This document shows positions 9,500-21,600 of a DNA stretch of 51,385 nucleotides, piece after piece. Position 1 is the first letter of the stretch. Each line of letters begins with the position of its first letter. The position numbers and the translations under genes were made by a program. The stretch is from Candidatus Eiseniibacteriota bacterium. GTDB taxonomy: Bacteria; Orphanbacterota; Orphanbacteria; Orphanbacterales; Orphanbacteraceae. The DNA lies in assembly GCA_043809585.1 (NCBI GenBank), contig JBDROZ010000012.1, positions 1-51,385 on the forward strand, in the 5' to 3' direction. A model generated the notes under the pieces. It did not search any database and was not told the origin of the DNA. It saw only the letters and a list, made by a program, of their open reading frames with translations.

Positions 9500-9575
9500 T
9501 CGACGTTCCGCCCCCACTCGTTCAGGGACACAGATGAATTCCCCGGGCCCGGACGGTGGGTCGACTGATTGGATT

Positions 9576-9604
9576 TTGACTAAACCATTGAATCGTGGTA
9601 AGAT
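9576..9604 (+). promoter_or_regulatory. Putative sigma70 promoter of the giant surface protein operon
   Basis: TTGACT-N17-TAAGAT with extended -10 TG. Confidence 0.65.
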
Positions 9605-9694
9605 GTGGTTTACTCAAGCCACGAATACCTTGGAAATGCGAACAACTTTCAGTCGGCGCCGAACCGACCGTCGGTGCTTCCGAGGAGCCCCCCC

Positions 9695-12600
9695 ATGAAA
9701 CGCTTCCTCATCCTCTCCGTCGTGGTTTCCGTCCTGGGCCCTCTTTCGCCGGTTCCGGCGCTCGCCGTGGAAACCGGACAGATCGCCTTCACCGATTCCT
9801 CGTGGGTTCCGATCGAAATCAGCTATCCCCCCGGGAGTGATTCGGCATTCCTAGAGGTTTGGGACCCGGATCTGAATTTCGATTCGTTTTCCATCGACAG
9901 CGTCTGGATCTGGGTGGGTGCGGAGATCGACTCGGTGGTGGTCGACACGGAGCTCGTGTGGCTGAGGGAGACCGATCTCGCTACGGGGCTTTTCCACGGC
10001 TCCGTCGACTTCGATCCCCAGGCGAGCCGAATCTTGACGGAATTGGAGACCTCCCTGCCTGCCGGCTCGGACAGCGCGAGCGCGGCCATCCGGGAGAAGA
10101 TGATCCGGGATCGACTGCGGGAATTCCGGCGGGAGCGGTCGAAATCCGATCGGGCGCAGGCCTCGTGGGACGGACTCCTGCAGGTGATTCCGGGAGGGTG
10201 GCTCGGAGCCGTCTACTACGACAGCGCCAACGCCACGGGCCTCCTCGACACGATCTTCACGACCGTCACTTACGGCGGATATGCCGGACCCGTTTCCGGG
10301 ACATGGACGGCCGCGGGGAATCCACACATCGTCGTCGGGGATGCATGGGTGATCGAGCCGGACTCGCTCATTATCGAGGAGGGTGTAGAGGTTCGTTTCT
10401 TCGAGGATGTGGTGCTCTTCGACTATGGGGTCATTCGGGCGAGCGGTACGTCTTCGGACAGCGTTCACTTTGGTTTGGACCCGCAGTTCCAGCAAGACCC
10501 ATGGAGGACCTGGGGCGGTCTCTTCGTCGACGGCGGCGTTCTCTCCCTCACTCACGGTTCCTTCTCCCGCGCCTACGAGGGGATCGGCGGCTACCTCGAT
10601 TCGGGATCGGTACGGGTGGACCACTCCCTGATCCTGGAATGTCGATCCCACGGGATCGATTTTGCCGGCTCCGGGTACGTGGAGATCTCGAATTCCGTCA
10701 TCCGGGAAAACGGAACAGGTCCGTACGACGGGGGGGGCGTGGATCTCGACTTGTACGGCGGAGGGTCCTTCCTGGTCTCCGGTTGCCTCATCACCGGGAA
10801 CAGTCGGGGAGTGGGGATCGGCGGCGCCGGCGGGCTCGTCCGCTCCTCCGATATCTCCTCCAATCTGGGGCGGGGCCTCACGATTGAAGACATGAGCCGG
10901 TCCTCACGGGTGGAGAGCACCTCGGTCGTCGGCAACACCGGCTACGGAGTCACCGTCGGATACGCCTACGAGGACAGTGTGACGCCCGTGTTCCGAGGCT
11001 GTGAGTTTCATGGGAACGGCTCGGACACGACGGGCGGCTTCTACGACTTCTCGAACGAGAGCGACTGGGAGGTGGACGCCCGGGAGAACGACTGGGGTCC
11101 CGTCACGACGGCGGAGATGGACTCCGGAGGGAACCCGAAGAACATCACCGCCATCTACGACCAGTACGATGACGGGTGGCGCGGTTTCGTCAACTACGCC
11201 CGCTGGACGGGGGTGGCCGATCCGAGTTACACGGGCGAGATCGCCTTCACCGACGCCGCCGGAGATCCCATCGGCGTCCATTACCCCGTAGGGAGCGACT
11301 CGGCCTTCATCGAGGTGTGGGACCCGGATCTCGACCTCGATTCGCTCGCCCTCGACAGCGTGCTCGTGATCGTCGGCGCGCAACTCGAATCGGTCACGGT
11401 GGACACGGAGCAGGTCTGGCTTCACGAGACGGGCGCCACTTCGGCGGTCTTCCGCGGATCGATCCCGTTCGATCCCCAGGTCTTCAAGTTCCTCGACGAT
11501 CTCCGCCGCGAGCTGCCCGAGGGGGAGGACAGCGCGAGCGTCGCCCTCCGCAGGGAGATGATCCGGGAGCGGGTGGCATCGCTTCGCGAAGGGGACGAAC
11601 GAAAGGGGCTCCGCCTCGATTCCGGGGACGGCCTGCTGCAGGTGATCCCCGGAAACGCGATTGGAACTCTCTACTTCGACGAGTCGGGAGATTGGGGGGA
11701 CAACGTCGACGTCGGGGCCAACGCGTTCTACGGAGGGTACGCCGGGCCGGTTTCCGGCACGTGGACCGCGGCCGGGAACCCGTACGTCGTCGTGGGCGAC
11801 ATCCGGGTGGATTGGGGGGACACCCTCCGGATGGAGAGCGGCGTGGAGGTCCGCCTCGTGGAAGGCGCGTCGGTCCGCGTCTACGGGTTCCTCGACGTGG
11901 CCGGTGCGCCCGGCGACAGCGTCTCCTTCGATTATCACGAAACCTGGGGAGGCTACGACGAGAACTGGGGCGGGATCTACGTGAACAACGGCGGCCTCCG
12001 GATGAGCTACGCCTCGGTGGCCGGCGGATACGTCGGAGCGGACATCTACACCCCCTGGATGGACACGGTGGTGGTGGACCACTCCTTCGTGCGGGACTGT
12101 GCCATCGGAGGGATCTCCCTCTCCGGAAGCGGACTCCTCGCGATCTCGGACTGCCTCTTCGAGGGGAACGGTACCTCCGGGTTCGACAAAGGCCTCTCCC
12201 TGGAGCCGTACGAGGACGGGCGGTTCACCGTGGTCCGGTGCGAGATGATCGGCAATCGCGGGGGGATCGGCGTCAGCGGAGGGGGCGGCGTCATCGACGG
12301 GTGCCTGTCGGCGGGAAACGCCCAGCACGGTCTGACCGTCCAGTACCTGGCGGACTCCCTCCGGGTCACCGCTTCGGAGTTCACGGGGAACGCCGGGCGG
12401 GGCGTGCGTGTGGGCTACGTGGGGTCCGACAGCCTGGCGCCGGTCTTCCGCCTCTGCCGGTTCGCCGACAATGCCGCCATGGACTTCCACAACGCGAGCC
12501 CCCTGGATGTCGACGCCCGGGAGAACGACTGGGGTGACACGACGACGGCCCGGATGAACCTCGGGGGGAATCCGAAGAACATCCCGGCGATTCATGACGA

Positions 12601-15600
12601 ATACGATGACCCCGATCTCGGGTTCGTCAATTACGCCCGTTGGATTGGCGGCCCCGGCGGCGGCCACACCGGCGAGATCGCCTTTACCGACTCCCTCTGG
12701 ATGCCGATCGGGGTCCACTACCCGGCCGGGAGCGAGTCCGCTTTCGTGGAGGTCCGGGATCCCGACCTCGACCTCGACCCGTTCTCCGTCGACAGCGGCT
12801 GGGTCTGGGTCGGCGCCGATCTCGGCGAGGGGGTGGTGGACACGGAGCTCGTCTGGCTCCGGGAGACGAACCTCTCGACCGGCGTCTTCCGCGGCTCGAT
12901 CCCCTTCCAGGTCGTGGCCGCCAAGTTCCTGGAGGATCTGAAGGACTCGTTGCCGCCCGAGACGGACAGCGCGAGCGCCCGGCTCCGGCGTGCCATGGTC
13001 GAAACGCGGATCGAGGCGATCCGGACGAAGTCGTCCGACCTCGCTTTTCGCGTATCGTCGTGGGACGGCTCTCTCGAGGTGATTCCGGGAAACGCGATCG
13101 GGACCGTCTACTTCGACGCGCTCAATGATTGGGGGGTCCCGGACTCGATCGACGCGAACACCTACTACGGCGGCCTAGCCGGTCCCGTCTCCGGCGTCTG
13201 GACGGTGGTAGGGAATCCGCACGTCGCGGTCGGCGACATCTGGGTTCCCGACGGCGCCACCCTCCGCATGGAGCCGGGGGTCGAGGCCTTCTTCGTGGAC
13301 GACGCCTCCCTGATCGCGTACGGCACGCTCGCCGTGGCCGGCGCGGAGGGGGACAGCGTCCGCTTTCGCGGGCACGAGGGCTGGGGATCGGGAGGCAACG
13401 ACTGGTGGGGAGGGGTTTACGTTCCCTACGGGGCGGCGTCGCTCTCCTACGCGTCCCTGGTTGGTGCCGTCGACGGAATCTCGGGATGGGCGGACTCGTC
13501 CGCCCTCTCGCTCGACCACACGTTGATCCGTGGCTGCGGATCGGACGGACTGGACTACTGGGGACACGGTGGCGTGACCATAGACCGGTGCGTCTTCCGT
13601 GAGAACGGATTCGGTTGGTATTCCGGGACCGGCATCAATGTCGGGTCTTACTACTCGGAATCCCTGCGGATTTCGAACACGGAGATCTCCGGAAACCAGG
13701 AGGGAGTTGGGCTATACGGTGCGGGCGGCCAAGTCGAGGCTTGCTCCATCACGGGGAATGCGAGGACGGGACTCCGCATCCAGGACATGAGCCGGTCGAT
13801 CGACGTTACGGGCACGGCGATCACCGGGAACGGGGACGCCGGTGTCTACATGTCCAATGCCTATGTCGACTCGGCGACGGCGGTCTTCCGGAATTGCCAG
13901 ATCCACGACAACGGGGCGGACAGCTCCGCCTGGTACCCGTACGACTTCGTGAACGAATCGTACAAACACATCGACGCGAAAGAGAACTGGTGGGGGGACT
14001 CGACGACGGCGGAGATGAACGCCCTCGGGTACCCGGCGAACATCTCCGTGATCTACGACTCCCTCGATGAATCGTGGCTCGGGTTCGTCGATTACGCCGA
14101 CTGGGTCGGCGCCGTGCCGGATCTGGAGCCTCCAGTGGTCAGCATCGACATCGGTCCCTCGGAGGGGGTCGACACGACGGAGGCGGATCTTTACTTCCAG
14201 TGGTCCGGTCTCGACGACCATACGCCGCCGGAGAGTCTCCTCTACGCCTTCGCCCTCGACTCCTTCCCGCCGGATACGGCCTGGGTCCCGACGACGATCC
14301 ACACATTCATCGGTGTCCCAGAAGGCCGTCACGTCTTCTACCTCCTCGGAAGGGATCTCGCGGGCCGAATCGGGGAGGCGAGTCGGAGCTTCGGCGTGGA
14401 TCTCACGCCGCCGGAGACGGAGGTCTACGCCGGGCCGGGGGAGGGGACCCATCAGGATTCGGCTTCCGCGTCCTTCGCCTGGTACGGATGGGACAACGTC
14501 TCGGAGGGGTGGGAGATCACCTACTCCTTCCGCATGGATGAAGAACCTTGGTCCGTTTTCCTCGATTCGACGGCCGCCTCTTACGGGGGGCTCGCGGAGA
14601 CGACCCACGTGTTCGCGGTCCGGGCGAGAGACAAGGCGGGCCTCTTGGAGGATCCGCCGTCCTCGATGACCTTCACCGTCGACATGACACCACCCGAGAC
14701 CTGGTTCATTTCGGGACCGGAGGACAGTGCCGTTGTGAACGACTCGGTCTTCGCATACGGCTACTCGGGCGCGGACACGTTGACTCTCGTCTCCCACCTG
14801 GAGTATGCGGTCGCCCTGGACACGTTCCCGTTCGGGGAGTTCTCGGGCGACACATCGTTCGTCCTCTGGTATCCCGTCGGCGGTTGGCATACGATCCGCG
14901 TTAAGGCCCGGGACCTCGCGGGGAACGAGGATCCGGCGCCGGCGGTGCGTCACGTCTACGTCGATTATCTTTCGCCCGTCGTAGCTCTTCTCTCCGGTCC
15001 GGATGAAGGCGCCCACATCGCCGAGGACAGCGTCTTCTTCGAATGGAGCGCCACGGATAATTACACGATCGCGGATCTCATCGAATACGCCTATTCAATC
15101 GACCAACTGGATACGACCGCCTTCGGGACCGTTTTGTCCGTTTTCTTGGGCGGCCTCGCGGAGGGGACTCATCGATTCGAGATCTTCGCGAGGGACATGG
15201 CGGGCAATGTGGGGACCCTGCAGCGAAACTTTGTCGTCGATCTCACTCCCCCGGAAACCTGGTTCACGTCGGGGCCGGCGGACAGCGCTGCCATTCATGA
15301 AGCGGATGTCGCGTTCTGCTGGTTCGGGGGCGACAATTCGACGATCTCGGGAGATCTCGAGTTCGCCAGGAGCATCGACGAAGGTCCTTACTCCCCCTTC
15401 TCCGGCGCCACGTGCGATACCCTCGTCGGGCTTTCCCAAGGATGGCATTCGGTCTCCGTGAAATCTCGGGATCTCTCGGGCAGGGAAGACGAATCGCCCG
15501 CGCGGCGGGATTTCTTGGTCGCTCTATTCGACCTGGAAGCGATCGCGCTCGATTTCGCGGACACGGTGTTCACCGGGGAGAACGTCTCTGTCCGCTGGTC

Positions 15601-18600
15601 GGCTCGGAATGGCGGCGGTGCAACGATCGACTGGCCCTGGATCGACGAGGTTTGTCTCTCTCCGGATCCGGCGTACGGAGGTGACACTCTTCTCCATCAG
15701 TCATTTCATTGGGATGCGCTCGAACCGGATTCCGTGTACACCACCGAGGATTCTGTGTCGATCCCCCTCCACCTGACCGAGGGCGACTATTGGGTAATCC
15801 TCGCCGTGGACGCGGGGGACGTGATTCCGGAGTGGGGAGCGGAAGACGACAACGTCATCGTGAGCCCCGGTCCCGTGTCAGTTCGGATCCCCCCTCACGC
15901 GAATTTGGTCGTGGAGAACATCACTCCGCCGGCAGAAGCCTCCTCGGGGCAAGGAGCTTACGTCGAATGGACGGTTCGAAACCTCGGAGACGTGACCGCC
16001 TCCGCCCCGTGGGTCGACCGGGTCTACCTTTCCGACGACGATGCGATCGGCGGCGACATCGCGCTGGCCCCGGACTTCACGTATCCCTACGATCTCGTTC
16101 CATCCGACGCATATACCCATGCCCATCCGGTGGTTTTTCCGGAGGACATCGAAGGGGACTTCTGGATCATCGTGAAGACGGACCTGGGAGACGCCGTCGA
16201 CGAGAACGTGGACGAGGGGGACAACGCGGCTATCTCTTCGGTGTCTTTCCCTATCCACCTGTCGCCGTTTCCCGACCTTCGCGTCGATTCGGTTCTCGTT
16301 CAATCGACCGCTCAATCCGGCTCGCCCCTCGCCGTTCGCTGGGTAGTCTCGAACCACGGAGAGGCTCCTACGAACGCCTCGATCTGGTACGACCGTGCGT
16401 ATCTATCCGCGGACACAACGCTCGGATACGGCGAAGTCTCTCTCGGACAGTTCTCCAATCTCAGCTACTTGAATCCCGGGGAGGGCTACGCCCGGGAGGT
16501 CGAGGTCACGCTTCCGGCAAACATCCAGGGGACCTATTACGTCATCGTCGTGGCGGACTGCCAGAATCACGTCGCGGAGCACCACGGGGAGGGAAACAAC
16601 CAAAGAACGAGCGACCCGTTCGCGGTCGAGTACGTTCCGAGTCCCGCTCCCGATCTCTGGGTACACGACGTTCTGTCTCCCTCCTCGGGTTGGGCGGGAG
16701 AGCCGATACCGGTGAGCTGGACCGTCACGAACATCGGTGACGCCCCCGCGGCAGGAGAGTGGCTCCTCGACTGGGTAATGATCTCCACTGATAGCATTGC
16801 CGAAAGCGGGGACATAGCCCTGGCTTTGTACCCGGAGGGCTATTATGCCGGCGATGATCTCGATCCCGATTCGAGCTACTCCCGCACGAAATCGCCCCGC
16901 CTTCCCAACGACGTTTCCGGTGATTACTACGTTTTCGTCTGGACCGATGTCCGGATGGAGTACGACGACAAGGACTGGGGAAACAACTTCAGCACTCCCC
17001 GGCCGATCACCATCCACGCGCCCTCCCCCCCGGATCTCGTGGCGGATGCGGTAACCGTGAGGGCCGATTCGGCGTACCCGGGAACCGCCGTTCGGGTCGT
17101 CTGGACCGTGACAAACAATGGAGCGGGTCCGAGCGGTGGTTCCGCCTGGCAGGATTGGATCTACATCTCACCGGACGACTCCCTCGACGATTCCGTGGAT
17201 ACACGGATCGCTTGGAGGAGCCACTCCGGCTACCTGAGCGTGGACGGGTCGTACACGGATAGCGCGGTTGTGACTCTTCCCTACGACCAGCCGGGTTCAT
17301 TCTACATCTTCGTTTGCGCCGACGGGGCGGGGCAAGTCGACGAGGGGGACTACGAAGACAACAACTGCGGACGTCCGGTTTTGCCTCTCGTGGTCGACTA
17401 CCCGACTCCCGCGGATCTTCATGTGACCGCCATCTTCTGCCCGGCGGGACTCCATTCCGGAGACACGACCCAAGTCTCTTGGACCGTGGAGAACTCGGGA
17501 CCCGCAGGTACGGTCGTGGCTTCCTGGAGGGACGAGGTATACCTGTCGACGGACACCCTCTTCGAACCGACCGGCGATCTTCTCCTCGCCTCCTACGACC
17601 GGAGCGGGACTCTCGACTCGGGTGCGACCTATGTCGGCGACGCCACTGTCGTTCTCCCGAACGGAGCCGACGGGCCCCGGTATCTCGTCGCAGTTACGGA
17701 TGCGGACGATTATGTCTACGAGGGAGAATGGGAGGAGAACAACGCCTCGACGGAGTCGATCTACGTGACTCTCACGATCCCCCCCGATCTTCGGGTCACG
17801 AGCCTGATCGTCCCCGCCGAGGGGACGTCCGGAGGGTCCATCGGCATTCAGTGGACCGTGACGAACGCGGGTCCAGGCCCCACGCGTTGCGCCTCGTGGA
17901 AGGACCAGGTCTACCTCTCTTCCGACTCGGTTCTCACCGTTCCGGGCGATACTCATTTGGGAACCTTCACCCGCACCGGGACGCTCGGCGCCGGCGCCAC
18001 CTACTACCGGAACCAGAACGTGACCCTCCCCTCCGGCATTTCGGGCACGCGCTACGTCATCGTGCGGGTGGACGCCGCCGACGAGGTCTACGAGCACTCG
18101 AACGAGGGGAACAACGATCGGCCCGCGGCCACTCAGGTGGTGCCGCCACCCCTTCCCGATCTCGAACCGATCGCGTTCCAGGTCGTGTCGAAGAACGCCA
18201 AGCGGGGTACCGCAGGGCTCACCTGGACCGTCCGGAATTCCGGGGCGGGGTACGCCGGCGGCAACTGGCTGGACCGGGTCTACCTTTCTGCGGATGGTAT
18301 CTACGATCCCGGGGCGGACCCGGTGGTCTTGTCGAAGAACCGGATCGGGGGCCTCGGGTCCGGAGGCACGTATGCGGCAAGTGGAACGGCCACGTTCCCG
18401 AACGGGGTCGATGGTACATATCATCTCTTCTTGCGGACCGACGCCCTCGGCGCCGTGTCCGAAACAGACGAGGGAAACAACCGGGACTCGACGCAGATCC
18501 TCATCGAGCTGACGCCTGCGGATCTAGTCGTGATCGACGTGACGGGGCCCGATTCCGTCAACACGGGCCAGCCGGTCACGGTGCAATGGACAGTCCAGAA

Positions 18601-21600
18601 CCAGGGGATCGGCGGCACGGAGGCCTCCGCCTGGTACGACGCCGCTTATCTCTCGAGGGACCAGATCTTGGACGCCACCGACTTCGTTCTCGGCTCCAAG
18701 CAACACAGTGGAATCCTGCCCGCCGAGAGCACCTACACGACGTCTTTGCAGGGAACGATCCCCTCCGGGTACACGGGGACCTACTACCTGTTCGTGAAGA
18801 CCGATAAGAACAACCAAGTCTACGAGCATGGGGGGGAGGGGAATAACTTCTCGTACGATTCGGACGGGCTGGAGGTCGTGATCCCGGCGCCGGCGGATTT
18901 GGTGGTTACATCTGTTGTCGTACCGGATAGTGCCTTTTCAGGAGACTCGATGACGATTTCCTGGACCGTATCCAACACAGGATTGAACAATGCCGTTGGG
19001 CTCTGGTCCGATGGAGTCTATTTGTGTTCAGGTGCAACCTGGAATCCCGGCGATCCCCTGATCGGAATACTAGACTTCAGCGGTACTTTGCCGCCGGGCA
19101 CATCCTACACCAGGAAGATGCTCGTATCACGGGAAAGCTATACCCACGTCCTGGAGGCAAACATGCCGGGAGCCGTTCCCGGAGACTACAAGATTGCTGT
19201 TCGGGCTGATCTTCGAAACGGCATATTCGAATCCGACGAGGAAAACAACGTTGCGGTATCTTCTACTCCCATTTCAGCACTGATATTTGCACTGAGCCCC
19301 GGTGTCCCTCACTTGGCGAGTCTGCGGGAATCAGAAGACGATTACTACCTCATAGATCTCGACGAAGGAGAGGATCTTCGAATCACAGCAGAGGCGGACA
19401 CGCCGAATGGTGTGATCGAGTTTTTCGCTCGGTACTCCGATGTACCTAGCGCCTTCAATTACGACATTCGTTCTGATTCACTGTTCTTCCCGGGCGGTCC
19501 TTTACTTGTGCCAGGCAGAGGTGAAGGTCAGTACTTCTTGATGATTAGGGGTCGGTCTCTCCCCGATGGGGAGACCAATTACGAGGTTCTTGTAGAACGG
19601 CTCGGGTTTTCCCTCGAGTCAGCGAGACCGGAAATCATCGGCAACTCCGGCAGGGCGACATTGAATATCTTCGGCGCCCAATTATACCCCACAACTAACT
19701 TCTTTCTGCAGAATGTTGACGAGGATACCATCTTCGCGGACACGACGTTCTACGTCAATTCGACCCATATGAGAGCCACGTTTAACCTCGGGGGAAAGCA
19801 AATCGGATGGTATGACTTGACGGCCCGTAAGGACACTCAAGAAGTAAGCCTCCTGGGTGCAATTCGAGTAGAAGATGGAGGAGGGCCGGCCCTCAGTCTC
19901 GCGATTAGCGGGCTAACAGCTATGCGGAGGCTTAGTCCCACCGTCTACATAATTACCTATGCGAATGAGGGAAACTCGGATGCCGAGTTTCTCCTCATGG
20001 CCCTCAGAACCCAGACACCTGGGATGCACATCGATTACGTTTGGGATGAAAACGCCAATCAGCTATTCCCGATACCAGATGCGGAAATCGATTCGACTCC
20101 ACAAAACGCCGCCTTCTTTTACGTCGACGTAGTACCGCCCCACACGCAGGGAACAATGTATGCCCAGATTACTGCCGAGGGAGAGAGAGTCCATCCGGCC
20201 TTGGTCGTAGGGGCCTGGGTGTTGAGCGGGATCGCCACAGAGTACCTTTCGGACGTTTTCTGGAAGTCATTCAAGTATTCGTGGTTACCAGCTTGTCCTG
20301 ATGAGACGATTGGATCTGCGTTAATGGACGCGGTTCGCAGGGGATTCTGGGAAGCCAATCAGGAATGGGGTGGGCACTTTGTAAAGAAACCGGCGGGTGC
20401 GCTCATCAAGAAGGTCGTCAAAGCGTCAATAGCAGGGCCGTTCAACATATTTGTGAGCATGGGGCAGAATCTCTATAGCTACTTTGGCGGGCTTCTGGAG
20501 GGAGGTCAGCTGTACCTAGCTGGGGACGATTGCCTTGGGCTGAATCCGAGGCCTCCTGACGCGTCCGGAGATCAAGTGATAATCGTAGTTTCCTCCCGCG
20601 ATCCCAACGAAAAACTCGGGCCCACGCCTCCGGACGAGGATCCGCTGATCTCCGCGTATCAGACAATCCCCTATACGATCTACTTCGAGAACATGGCCGA
20701 TGCGACCGCGCCGGCCCAGCAGGTGGTGATCCGGGACACGATCGACACGGATCTCGACTGGCGCCGGTTCCGCCTGAGTGAGATCGCGTTCGGGGACACG
20801 ACGATCATGGTTCCCCCGAACCGGAGCTACTGGTACACGTCGATGGAGATCGACTCGGGGTATCTGCTGGAGATCGACGCCGGGATCAACGGTTCAACGG
20901 GCGAAGCTCATTGGTTCTTCAATACGATCGATCCGGAAACCGGCCTGCCTCCTCTCGATCCTCTGGCCGGGTTTCTCCCGCCGAACGACAGCACCGGTCG
21001 CGGGGAGGGACATGTCACATTTACCATCCGGCCTGATCCGGAGGCTCCGGCCGGCACCGAGATCAGGAACAAGGCCACGATCGTCTTCGACACGAACGAC
21101 CTGATCGAAACGAACGAAGTCCTGAACGTCCTGCGCGATGCGTTCGCCGACTTGACGGTCGTCTCGGTGAATGTCGAGGTGGGAGACGAGGGTCTCCTCG
21201 AGGGCGAAAATGTCGGGCTCCTCGCCTCCGTCCAAAACACGGGCGAGAACGATGCGCCGAACCCGATCTTCCACTTCTATCACGGGGATCCTTCCTTCGG
21301 GGGTGACCTTGTCGGTGTCGTACAGATCGCTACCGGTCTAGCCGCCGGTCAGCAGAAGCAGATCTCTGTCACCTGGACCCCTCGTCGGGTTCTCGGCGAT
21401 CAGGTTATCCACATCATTGCCGATCCGGACAGCCTGATCGAAGAGGAGGACGAGGCGAACAACAGCCGTGTCCTGACCCTGCCGATCGATCCCCGCACCT
21501 ACACCGCCCACTACTCGGACGGCGTCAACTTGGTGTCGCTCCCCTTGGAGCCGGCAGACTCGCTCTTCGCGGCCGACCTCACCCAGATACTCGGGGCCTC

